From positions 10,926 to 74,925 of the forward strand of contig DASRWT010000044.1 of the NCBI GenBank assembly GCA_035654455.1: a stretch of DNA of 64,000 nt. Direction: 5' to 3'. A program made the position numbers and the translations under genes. Shown here one piece after another: positions 16,311 through 24,587 of this stretch (position 1 is the first letter of the stretch; each line of letters starts with the position of its first letter). Below the pieces are notes generated by a model. It was given only the letters and a program-made list of their open reading frames with translations, ran no database searches and had not been told where the DNA came from. The stretch comes from Candidatus Nitrosocosmicus sp. (GTDB taxonomy: Bacteria > Methylomirabilota > Methylomirabilia > Rokubacteriales > CSP1-6).

Positions 16311-17021
16311 ATGGCACTCTTCTCCGAAGCTGGTTGGCTATTCCTCCTGCGCTGGATTCACTTCCTGTCCGGCATCACCTGGATCGGCCTTCTCTACTAC
16401 TTCAACTTCGTCCAGACCCCGTTCTTCGGGGAGACCGAGGCTCCCGTGCGCAGCGGCGCGCAGCAAAAGCTGCTCCCGCGGGCGATGTGGTGGTTCCGCT
16501 GGGGCGCGATGATCACCTTCATCTCCGGCTGGCTCTACTTCTTCCACTGGTGGTACGGGAAGGTGGGCTTCGCGACGAGCTCGGGGGCGTGGGCCATCCT
16601 GCTCGGCGCGCTCCTCGGCTCCCTCATGTGGGCCAATGTCTGGTTCGTCATTCACCCCAAGCAGAAGATCGTCATCCAGAACGCGCTGGACACCGCGGCG
16701 GGCAAGCCGGCCAATCCCGCCGCCGCGCCCTCGGGCGCCCGCGCCGGTCTGGCCTCCCGCACCAACACCATGCTCTCGGTGCCCATGCTCTTCTTCATGG
16801 GCGCGGCGAGCCACCTGCAGGGACTGGCCTTGCCTCGCTCCGGCCTCATGTTCTGGATCGGCGCCATCGTGGTCATGGGCCTCGTGGAGATCAACGCGCT
16901 CAAGGGCACCCCGGGCAAGGGCGCGGCGAAGCCGCTTGCCACCGTGTCCGGCACCCTCTGGGCCGGCTTCATCCTCGCCGCGATCCTCTACGTCTGGTTC
17001 GAGCTGTTGGGCCGGATGTAG
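16311..17021 (+). CDS. polytopic membrane protein resembling the membrane domain of PuuD-type urate hydroxylase (no cytochrome c domain)
   Basis: LLRWIHFLSGITWIGLLYYFNFV resembles my recollection of PuuD N-termini (LLRWLHV..IAWIG..YF). About 6 TM helices. Family assignment is tentative. Confidence 0.6.
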   Translation: MALFSEAGWLFLLRWIHFLSGITWIGLLYYFNFVQTPFFGETEAPVRSGAQQKLLPRAMWWFRWGAMITFISGWLYFFHWWYGKVGFATSSGAWAILLGALLGSLMWANVWFVIHPKQKIVIQNALDTAAGKPANPAAAPSGARAGLASRTNTMLSVPMLFFMGAASHLQGLALPRSGLMFWIGAIVVMGLVEINALKGTPGKGAAKPLATVSGTLWAGFILAAILYVWFELLGRM

Positions 17022-17059
17022 CGCTTCCGCCAGTCGCGCGACCGCGCGAGTGACCGACA

Positions 17060-17092
17060 CGCCGGGTGGGGCCTGAGCCCCTCCCGGCGTTT
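17060..17092. terminator. bidirectional rho-independent-type terminator between convergent genes
   Basis: CGCCGGG-T-GGGGC-CTGA-GCCCC-T-CCCGGCG followed by TTTCAGTT. Confidence 0.5.
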
Positions 17093-17095
17093 CAG

Positions 17096-17428
17096 TTACT
17101 GGAGATAGGCGGCGAGGTCGGGCACGCTGGGAGCGAGGTCAGGCCGGGGCGGCATTACCTTGGTGGGACGCTTGGGCGTGTACCCCGGCGGGTACTCCCC
17201 CCGCACCACGCGCGCCTCGAGCAGCGAGGGCGAGGACCCCTTCACCGCCGGTCCCAGCGTGCCGTCCTTGGCGGGATCGGGATTGTGGCAGGCGACGCAC
17301 TGGCCCAGCCAGAGCTGCTTGCCCTTCTCCGGAGATCCTTTCACGGAAGACACCGGCTGGTCGCCGCAGGCGGCCGCGAGCCAGGCCGCGGCCGCCAGCC
17401 CCGCGGCCTGGCGGAGGCGCCGCTTCAC
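17096..17428 (-). CDS. small c-type cytochrome lipoprotein
   Basis: GTG start overlapping the DUF3501 stop (GTGA). Lipobox WLAAAC and haem motif CVACH. Confidence 0.8.
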   Translation of the reverse strand: MKRRLRQAAGLAAAAWLAAACGDQPVSSVKGSPEKGKQLWLGQCVACHNPDPAKDGTLGPAVKGSSPSLLEARVVRGEYPPGYTPKRPTKVMPPRPDLAPSVPDLAAYLQ

Positions 17429-18012
17429 TGGGCCAGGTCCGGGAGCAGCGCCGCCCGGGTCTCGTCGGAGAGGCGCGTGCGCGCCCGCTCCGCGGGGTGA
17501 TCCAGCACCAGGTGCACCTCGGCCTCGCGGAACGCGCGCGCCGCCTCGGGAGAGAAGCGGAAGCGGACGAAGTGCACCGCGGCGAGCTTGCCCTTCTCCT
17601 CGTCGGAGTGGCCGGCCTCGAACTCGCCGGGCACCGCGAACTCCCGGCCCACCTGCAGCCAGACGTGCTGGCCGGTGTCGATGCCCATCAGCCGGTCCAG
17701 GACGGGCTTGATGCGCGTCATGTCCTCGATCTCGATGAACAGCGTGGCCGACAGCTCCCCGGGCCCGGGCAGGAGCGCATTGTAGACGTCCAGCTCCTCC
17801 TGCACCTTGGCGTCGTCGGCGATCCGCTCCGCGCGGCACATCTCCTGGATCTGGAACAGGACCGTCTCGCGGTTCTCGAAGACGAGCGACAGGTACCGTC
17901 CCACCGACACGCGCCGCCGGCGCTTCAGCTCGATCACGCTCGCCCGCCGCGCGTCGCGGACCTTCTCGTACTCGAAGAAGTTGATCACCTCGTCGGGCCG
18001 GATCTTGTCCAT
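17425..18012 (-). CDS. DUF3501-family protein
   Basis: 195 aa, MDKIRPDEVINFFEYEKVRD...LFIEIED. Recalled as DUF3501, which is typically next to HdrD-like Fe-S proteins and rubrerythrin. Confidence 0.75.
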   Translation of the reverse strand: MDKIRPDEVINFFEYEKVRDARRASVIELKRRRRVSVGRYLSLVFENRETVLFQIQEMCRAERIADDAKVQEELDVYNALLPGPGELSATLFIEIEDMTRIKPVLDRLMGIDTGQHVWLQVGREFAVPGEFEAGHSDEEKGKLAAVHFVRFRFSPEAARAFREAEVHLVLDHPAERARTRLSDETRAALLPDLAQ

Positions 18013-18020
18013 GGCCGCGC

Positions 18021-19295
18021 TCACTCCTCCACCTCGAGCCCGTAGGCCGAGGCGAGGATGCGGATGGGATGCTCGGCGGCGCGGCCGGTGCCCTGGTTGA
18101 TCTGCAGCGCCGCCAGCGGGCAATCGGTGGCCACGCGATCGGGCCGGGCCGCTTCGATGTGCTTGAACAATGGATCGGCCAGCTTCATGGAAAGCTCGAA
18201 GTATTCCTTCTTCATGCCCCAGGTGCCGTCCACCGCCGAGCAGCGTTCCATCGTCTCCACCTCGGCCCCGGTGAGCCGCAGCACGTCGGCGGAGCGCGTG
18301 CCCATGTTCTGCGCCTTGAGATGGCAGGGCAGCTGATACGCGATCTTCCTCGGCGCCTGCGGGAAGTGGGTGTCGAGCCGGCCCTGCGCGTGCAGTCCGG
18401 CCAGATACTCGAAGAGATCGCGGGTGTGGGCCGCCACCAGGTTCGCATCCTCCGAGCCGTCCAGCCACGGATACTCCTGCTTGAGCATGTAGGAGCAGGT
18501 GGGCCCGGGCACCACGATCTCGCGCCCTTCCCGCACCGCCTGCGCCAGGCTCTTCGCGTTGTCCGCGATGAGGGCCTTGGCCTCCTTCACCGCGCCCCCG
18601 TCGAGGTACGGCATGCCGCAGCAGCGCTGGCCGGGAAGGGACACGTCCACTCCGTTCTTCTCCAGCACCGCCACCGCGGCCTTGCCGGTGCCGGGATCGT
18701 TATACTCCACCGAGCAGGTGGTGAAGAGCGCGATTCTCAAGTCGGCCGGCGGCGCCGGCGCGGCGGAGCGGCGGCGCTGGTCGAACCACTTCGAGAAGGT
18801 CTCGCGGTGGAAGAGCGGCAGCTTGCGGTCCTTGTGAATGCCCACCACCGCCTGCATCACCGCCCGGTTGGGCGCGAAGTCGTTCATCCAGTTCGAGACG
18901 GGGGCGGTGAGGCTGCCCAGCCGACCCACCAGCTCGGTATTGCCGAGGAAGCGGTCCTGGAGGGTGACCCCCTTCGCGCGCGCGTCCGCCGAGCGCGCGC
19001 GCAGCATGAGGCGGGGGAAGTCCACCTGCCACCGGTGCGGCGGCGTGTAGGGGCAGTGGTTGTAGCAGAGCTTGCACTGGTAGCAGAGATCCACCACTTC
19101 CTTCACGTCAGAGGCGGGCAGCTTCTCCACGTCTCCGTCCACCGCGTCGACGTCCAGGCGCTCGAACATCACCTTGAACGACGGGCAGAGCGGCAGGCAG
19201 CGCCGGCAACCGGCGCAGATGTCGTAGACGCGGCGAAGCTCCCGGTCCACCGCGTCCTGATTCCAGAATTCCGGCTGCCTGATGTCGAGCGTCAT
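18021..19295 (-). CDS. (Fe-S)-binding protein, heterodisulfide reductase HdrD/GlpC-like with CCG domains
   Basis: Two ferredoxin-type clusters (CAGCRRCLPLCP, CYQCKLCYNHCP) and CCG motifs (RCCGMP, PCH). Confidence 0.85.
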   Translation of the reverse strand: MTLDIRQPEFWNQDAVDRELRRVYDICAGCRRCLPLCPSFKVMFERLDVDAVDGDVEKLPASDVKEVVDLCYQCKLCYNHCPYTPPHRWQVDFPRLMLRARSADARAKGVTLQDRFLGNTELVGRLGSLTAPVSNWMNDFAPNRAVMQAVVGIHKDRKLPLFHRETFSKWFDQRRRSAAPAPPADLRIALFTTCSVEYNDPGTGKAAVAVLEKNGVDVSLPGQRCCGMPYLDGGAVKEAKALIADNAKSLAQAVREGREIVVPGPTCSYMLKQEYPWLDGSEDANLVAAHTRDLFEYLAGLHAQGRLDTHFPQAPRKIAYQLPCHLKAQNMGTRSADVLRLTGAEVETMERCSAVDGTWGMKKEYFELSMKLADPLFKHIEAARPDRVATDCPLAALQINQGTGRAAEHPIRILASAYGLEVEE

Positions 19296-19327
19296 TCCTT
19301 GGGCTCCGAGGTGACCGACGGGTCGTC

Positions 19328-19360
19328 GGGCCGGGCGCCCGGGATCTTGGCGCCCGGCCC
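19328..19360 (-). other. perfect 12-bp GC stem-loop between rubrerythrin and the HdrD-like gene
   Basis: GGGCCGGGCGCC-N9-GGCGCCCGGCCC with no U-tract. Confidence 0.5.
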
Positions 19361-19367
19361 GGAGCGA

Positions 19368-19817
19368 CTAGATCGCGTCGGCCGGATCCTTCCCGGCCAC
19401 CTGGGTGAGGCCCTTGGAGAAGCGGCCGGCGTGCGACTTCTCCGCCTTGGCCAGGGTCTCGAACCACTCCGCCAGCTCGGCATACCCTTCCTCGCGGGCG
19501 GTCTTGGCCATGCCGGGATACATCTGGGTGTACTCGTAGGTCTCGCCCGCCACCGCGGCCTTGAGATTCTTCTCCGTCTTGCCGATGGGCTCGCCGGTGG
19601 CCGGGTCACCGACCTCCTTGAGGAAGTCGAGATGCCCGAAGGCATGGCCCGTCTCCGCGTCCGCGGTGTCCTTGAACAGGCCGGCGATATCCGGGAAGCC
19701 CTCGATGTCGGCCACCCGCGCGAAGTAGAGATAGCGCCGATTGGCCTGCGACTCGCCCGCGAAGGCCTCCTTCAGGTTCTCGTGGCTCTTGCTGCCCTTC
19801 AGACTCTTCCCTGCCAT
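19368..19817 (-). CDS. rubrerythrin-family di-iron protein (no rubredoxin domain)
   Basis: 149 aa; ExxH pairs ([39 protein letters not shown]). SD GAGGAG. Confidence 0.9.
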   Translation of the reverse strand: MAGKSLKGSKSHENLKEAFAGESQANRRYLYFARVADIEGFPDIAGLFKDTADAETGHAFGHLDFLKEVGDPATGEPIGKTEKNLKAAVAGETYEYTQMYPGMAKTAREEGYAELAEWFETLAKAEKSHAGRFSKGLTQVAGKDPADAI

Positions 19818-19858
19818 GGTGAATCTCCTCTTGCCCCCGCGGTCGCCCGGGAGGGCGG

Positions 19859-20380
19859 TCAGGATGAACGACGGGACCGCCCGCGCGGGGGGCGATCCGG
19901 CCCGCGCCGGCCGGTGGCCGGACGACACGCGGGACAGCGGCCGAAGAACTCGATGCGGTGGTGCGTGATGGTGAGACCGGTCAGCGCGGCCACCCGGGCG
20001 GATACCGCTCGCGTGGGCGGATCGCAAAGGGGCCCGTCCACGTCGACGATCCGGCCGCAACCGGTGCACGTGAAGTGATGATGACGCTCGACCTTCCCGT
20101 CGAAGCGGGCGTGAGGACCCGGTCGCTCGTGCACGAGGCCCTCGGCCACCAGCAGCCGCAGATTGCGGTACACCGTGCCCAGGCTCACGCGGGGAAGGCG
20201 TCGGCGCACCATGCGGTACACCGCCTCCGCGGTGGGATGAGCCTCGCTGCCGCGCACCACCTCGAGCACGATGCGCCGGGGTCCGGTGAGGCGCAGCCCG
20301 CGGGTGCGCAGCGAGACCGCCGCGCTGGCGGCGGCGGCGGGGGCACGATCCTTTTGATTCTCTTTAGGAATGATTCTCAT
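19859..20380 (-). CDS. Fur-family metalloregulator (PerR/Zur-like)
   Basis: LRLTGPRRIVLEVV wHTH, HHHFTCTGCG and CPAC zinc motifs. I prefer the start at ATG 20380 over the start of the longer tracked ORF at 20419. Confidence 0.8.
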   Translation of the reverse strand: MRIIPKENQKDRAPAAAASAAVSLRTRGLRLTGPRRIVLEVVRGSEAHPTAEAVYRMVRRRLPRVSLGTVYRNLRLLVAEGLVHERPGPHARFDGKVERHHHFTCTGCGRIVDVDGPLCDPPTRAVSARVAALTGLTITHHRIEFFGRCPACRPATGRRGPDRPPRGRSRRSS

Positions 20381-20381
20381 T
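20369..20381. promoter_or_regulatory. Fur/PerR-box-like dyad AATGATTCTCATT overlapping the regulator start codon
   Basis: AATGA-N3-TCATT inverted repeat. TGATTCTC occurs twice (20354..20361 and 20371..20378) in a 35-bp AT-rich patch. Confidence 0.35.
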
Positions 20382-20484
20382 TGCTGCCTCACCGTAGCCG
20401 GGACCGCGGAGGCTGTCAAGCGCTTCGTGTTGCTCCCCCCGAGCGCCTTCCTGTAGACTGACGACCTCAGGAGGACCTGCTCGA

Positions 20485-23298
20485 ATGCCTCAGCCCCGGT
20501 GGCTCCGGATCGAGGGAGCCCGGCAGAACAATCTCAAGAACGTGTCGCTCGCCATTCCCCACGACGCGGTCACCGTGGTCACCGGCGTCTCGGGCTCCGG
20601 AAAGTCGTCGCTCGCGTTCGACACGCTCTTCGCGGAAGGCCAGTGGCGGTACATCGAGTCCCTGTCCACTTACGCCCGCATGTTCCTGGAGCGGGTGGAC
20701 CGGCCCGACGTGGACCGGATCGAGAATATTCGTCCCGCCATCGCCCTGGAGCAGAAGAACCCCGTGCGGACGGCCCGTTCCACGGTGGGAACCGCCACCG
20801 AGCTCTACGACTATCTCCGCCTGCTCTTCGGCCGCATCGGGCGCGTGCACTGCCCGCGCTGCGGGAGCGAGGCGCGCAGCGACGCCGCCGACGCGGTGAC
20901 CGAGGCGCTGTTGCGCGAGCATCCCGATGCGAAGGCGCTGATCTGCTTTCCCCTGCCCGCCGCCCCCGCCGGCGTGGATGCGGCCGCCACCTATGCCGCG
21001 CTCCTGCGCCGGGGCTTCGCCCGCGTCAAGCTGCGGGACGAGGTCCGCGAGCTGGCCGACGCCGGCGGGCAGCCCGCCGACCTGCCCGCCCCCGCGCCGG
21101 GGCAGCCGCTCCTGGTGGTGCTGGACCGCGTGACCCTGGGTCGCGAGTCGCGGCGCCGCGTGGCGGAGTCCCTCGAGGCCGCGCTGGCCGAGGGCGAGGG
21201 CCGGGCCGAGGTGGACGTGCTGGGACGCGCCGTGATCCCGGTCAGCCGCGAGTACCGCTGCCCGACCTGCGAGACCCCGCTCACCCGGCCGCAACCCCTG
21301 CTCTTCTCCTTCAATCACCCGCTGGGCGCCTGCCCCGAGTGCAAGGGCTTCGGCAATATCCTCCGCTACGACGAGCAGCTGGTGGTGCCCGATCCCACCC
21401 GGAGCCTCGCCGACGGCGCGGTGGAGCCCTGGACCCATCCCTCGGGCCGCTGGTACCAGAAGCAGCTGCTGAAGGCGGCCCGGAAGCGCGGGGTGGACGT
21501 GAGCCGGCCCTATGCCGAGCTCCCGGCGCCGGACCGCGCCTGGGTGTACGCGGGGGCCGAGGGCTATGGCGGGATCCAGGGATTCTTCGAGGAGGTGGAG
21601 TCGTACCGCTACAAGCTCCACGTGCGGGTGTTTCTCTCTCGCTATCGCACCCAGTCGCGCTGCCCGCGCTGCGAGGGCACCCGGCTCAAGCCGGAGGCAC
21701 TGTGCGTCAAGGTGGGCGGCGCCACCATCGCCGAGCTCTGCGACCGCACCATCGAGGACCTGGCCGCCTTCGTCGAGAATCTCCGGCTCGGCACCCTCGA
21801 GGCGGCGGTGGCGCGGGACGTGCTCCGGCTCCTCCGCGCCAAGATCTCCTTCCTCCTGCGGGTGGGCCTGGGCTACATCACGCTCGCCCGGCAGACGCGG
21901 ACCCTGTCCGGAGGGGAGGCCCAGCGCATCAATCTCGCCAATCAGCTCGGCGCTCAGCTGGTGGGGACGCTCTATATCCTCGACGAGCCCTCCATCGGCC
22001 TCCACGCGCGCGACACCTCGCGCCTCGCCGAGCTCTGCGGTGAGCTGGCCGCCGCCGGCAATACCGTGGTGGTGGTCGAGCACGACCGCTCGTTCATCCA
22101 GGCGGCGGACTACGTGGTGGAGATGGGACCGGGCTCGGGCGACCGCGGGGGCACCGTCACCTTCGCGGGGAACCAGGCGGAGTTCGCTCGGGATCCGCAC
22201 TCCCTCACCGCGCGCTACCTCACCGGCCGCGACAGCATCCCGCTGCCCATCACCCGGCGCGAGGGCCGGCGCGCCCTGGTGGTGCGCGGCGCCCGGGCCC
22301 ACAACCTCAAGAACGTCACCTTCCGCATTCCGCTCCACACCCTCACCTGCGTGTCCGGGGTGTCCGGATCAGGCAAGTCCACCCTCGTGCACGAGACCCT
22401 GTACCGGGCGGTGGCCCGGCACTTCAAGGTGGACTTCAAGACGCCCGGCGAGCACGATGAGGTGCGCGGCCTGGAGTACCTCAAGGGCGTGCGTCTCATC
22501 GATCAGGAGCCCATCGGCCGCACGCCTCGCTCGAATCCCGTCACCTACGTGAAGGTCTTCGACGAGATCCGCAAGCTCTTCGCGGCGCTGCCGCGGGCGC
22601 GGACGCTGGGCCTCAGCTCGGGCGCGTTCTCCTTCAACGTGCCGGGCGGCCGCTGCGAGGCGTGCGAGGGCGGTGGCTTCCAGAAGCTGGAGATGTATTT
22701 CTTCGAGGACGTCTACGTGTCGTGTCCGGAGTGCGAGGGCCGCCGTTACCGGGCGGAGGTGCTCAAGGTCACCTACAAGGGCAAGGACATCAGTCAGGTC
22801 CTGCAGCTCACCGTGGACGAAGCGATGGACTTCTTCGGGGCCCATACCGTGCTGGCGCGGCGGCTCAAGCTTCTCCAGGACGTGGGGCTGGGCTATCTCC
22901 GGCTGGGCCAGCCCGCCACCACGCTGTCCGGCGGCGAGGCCCAGAGGCTGAAGATCGCCGCCGAGCTGGGGACCCGCCAGACCTCGGATCACCTCTATAT
23001 CCTGGACGAGCCCACCACCGGGCTCCACCTCGACGACGTCAAGAAGCTGCTGGTCGTGCTCAGCCGCCTGGTCGACAGCGGCAACACCGTCCTCGTGGTG
23101 GAGCATCACCTGGACGTGATCAAGACCGCGGACTGGGTGGTGGACCTCGGGCCCGAGGGCGGGGGCGCCGGGGGCGCCATCATCGCCGAGGGCACGCCGG
23201 AGGAGCTCGCGCAGGTGGACGGATCCTATACCGGCAAGTTCCTCCGGGAGCTGCTGCCTCGACCCAATGGCAAGACCGCCGGCGGGCGAGCGGGATGA
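20485..23298 (+). CDS. uvrA: UvrA-family excinuclease ABC subunit A (sequence diverged from canonical UvrA)
   Basis: 937 aa; two ABC modules (GVSGSGKSS twice, LSGGEAQR twice) and zinc modules CPRC/CPTC/CPEC/CPRC/CEAC/CPEC. Confidence 0.85.
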   Translation: MPQPRWLRIEGARQNNLKNVSLAIPHDAVTVVTGVSGSGKSSLAFDTLFAEGQWRYIESLSTYARMFLERVDRPDVDRIENIRPAIALEQKNPVRTARSTVGTATELYDYLRLLFGRIGRVHCPRCGSEARSDAADAVTEALLREHPDAKALICFPLPAAPAGVDAAATYAALLRRGFARVKLRDEVRELADAGGQPADLPAPAPGQPLLVVLDRVTLGRESRRRVAESLEAALAEGEGRAEVDVLGRAVIPVSREYRCPTCETPLTRPQPLLFSFNHPLGACPECKGFGNILRYDEQLVVPDPTRSLADGAVEPWTHPSGRWYQKQLLKAARKRGVDVSRPYAELPAPDRAWVYAGAEGYGGIQGFFEEVESYRYKLHVRVFLSRYRTQSRCPRCEGTRLKPEALCVKVGGATIAELCDRTIEDLAAFVENLRLGTLEAAVARDVLRLLRAKISFLLRVGLGYITLARQTRTLSGGEAQRINLANQLGAQLVGTLYILDEPSIGLHARDTSRLAELCGELAAAGNTVVVVEHDRSFIQAADYVVEMGPGSGDRGGTVTFAGNQAEFARDPHSLTARYLTGRDSIPLPITRREGRRALVVRGARAHNLKNVTFRIPLHTLTCVSGVSGSGKSTLVHETLYRAVARHFKVDFKTPGEHDEVRGLEYLKGVRLIDQEPIGRTPRSNPVTYVKVFDEIRKLFAALPRARTLGLSSGAFSFNVPGGRCEACEGGGFQKLEMYFFEDVYVSCPECEGRRYRAEVLKVTYKGKDISQVLQLTVDEAMDFFGAHTVLARRLKLLQDVGLGYLRLGQPATTLSGGEAQRLKIAAELGTRQTSDHLYILDEPTTGLHLDDVKKLLVVLSRLVDSGNTVLVVEHHLDVIKTADWVVDLGPEGGGAGGAIIAEGTPEELAQVDGSYTGKFLRELLPRPNGKTAGGRAG

Positions 23299-24587
23299 CG
23301 GCCCACCACAGCCTGGAAGCGGTCGGGATCCTCTTCCTGGGCTTGTTCTTCTACTCGTACACGTTCGACTGGCTCTCCGGCGCGCGGCCGCTTCACCGGT
23401 CCCTGCGCGCCCTCCTCCATGGTCTCGGCTTCGGTGCCCTCACGGTGGCCACCATGATCGCGCGCATCGAGATCGCTCCCGGCATCTACATCGATGCCCG
23501 CGCGGCGCCGGTGGCCCTCATCGGCCTGTTCGAGGGCCTGCCGGCGGCCCTGATCACCGCCGCCATCGGCTGCATCTACCGCCTCCTGATCGGCGGGGAC
23601 GGGGTCTGGGTCGGCCTGTTCAGCCTCATCGCCATTGCGATCGTGGCCGGAATCACGCACCGATGGGCACGGCATGACGGCCGCACGCGTCCCCGTCACG
23701 TCATCGCGCTCTCCGCCGCCGCCTATGTCGTGACCTTCCTCGCCTTCTCCCTCCTCGGCGCCCGCGGCCTGGCGCTCTTCTCGCGCATGTGGTTGGAGTA
23801 CGCCTTGCTGTGCGTGGTGGCGATCGGGCTCGTGGCGCGGCTCTTCTACGACGTGGCCGATCAGCACCGGCTGGCCGCCGAGCAGGGACGCTTCCGCGCC
23901 GTGCTCGACGAGGCCAGCGACGCCATCCGCATCATCGACTGCGACAGCCAGCGCATCGTGGACGTCAACCGGGCCGACTGCGCCCTGTCGGGATACTCGC
24001 GCGAGGATCTGGTGGGGCGCTACCGCCGCGAGTTCTGGCCGGACGACCCCGAGTTTCGCCGGCGCCAGGAGGTCCTCTTCGCCGAAACGTACGCCGCCGG
24101 ATATCAGGAGACGAAGGGCTCGCTCTTCCGCAATCGATCGGGGACGGTGATGCCGGTGGACACCACCCAGCGCATCGTCGAGTTCCAGGGCCGGCGCTAC
24201 GAGATCGTGATCTGGCGCGACGCGGCGGCGCGCATCGCGGCGGAGACGACGGACCGCGAGACCTCCGAGCTGCGGGCGGCCACCCTGCTCGCCCGCGCCG
24301 CGGCGCACGAGATCAACAATCCGCTCGCCGTCGTTCTCGGATACCTGCAGCTGATGGCCACCCGCCTGGCCCCCGACGCCAAGGAGTCCGCGTGGGTCCG
24401 GCACATGACGGACGCCTGCGGCCGCATCCGGGACTCCGTGGGACGCTTCAACAGCCTCACCAAGATCGAGAGCACCACTCCCGTCCGGGGCGCCTCCGCC
24501 ATGCTCGACAGCGCGCGCTCCTCCATTCCCGCCCCGTCCGCTTCCGAGCCGCCCGCGCCATCGCCGTCCCGCCCGCCCGCTCCGTGA
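23295..24587 (+). CDS. membrane sensor: 5TMR-LytS-type domain + PAS + HisKA (DHp) domain, no HATPase domain
   Basis: ATGA overlap with the uvrA stop. 5-6 TM helices, a PAS-like segment, and H-box AAHEINNPLAVVLGYLQL. The protein ends about 70 aa later in a Pro/Ser-rich tail. Confidence 0.75.
   Translation: MTAHHSLEAVGILFLGLFFYSYTFDWLSGARPLHRSLRALLHGLGFGALTVATMIARIEIAPGIYIDARAAPVALIGLFEGLPAALITAAIGCIYRLLIGGDGVWVGLFSLIAIAIVAGITHRWARHDGRTRPRHVIALSAAAYVVTFLAFSLLGARGLALFSRMWLEYALLCVVAIGLVARLFYDVADQHRLAAEQGRFRAVLDEASDAIRIIDCDSQRIVDVNRADCALSGYSREDLVGRYRREFWPDDPEFRRRQEVLFAETYAAGYQETKGSLFRNRSGTVMPVDTTQRIVEFQGRRYEIVIWRDAAARIAAETTDRETSELRAATLLARAAAHEINNPLAVVLGYLQLMATRLAPDAKESAWVRHMTDACGRIRDSVGRFNSLTKIESTTPVRGASAMLDSARSSIPAPSASEPPAPSPSRPPAP

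Noticed and set aside
16058-16312. Poly-Ser ORF on the minus strand and a Thr-rich ORF (16105..16287 +) over the same GAN-repeat DNA.
   Set aside because: They are alternative frames of the acidic-repeat region and have no SD or promoter. Only the D/E frame has a strong SD, an ATG and a non-repetitive N-terminus.
16312-16327. Additional TGGCAC hexamers as sigma54 promoters (also 44543..44548 and 48839..48844).
   Set aside because: The -12 position lacks TTGC (TCCG, GTCG and GCAC respectively). They lie inside coding sequences or on the wrong strand. Only 34205..34220 matches the full consensus in an intergenic spacer.
20404-20484. An SOS (LexA) box upstream of the uvrA-family gene. I looked at AAGCGCTT and CCTG-N14-CAGG.
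   Set aside because: Neither resembles a LexA consensus that I can name with confidence (CTGT-N8-ACAG or GAAC-N4-GTTC). The palindromes are short enough to occur by chance.
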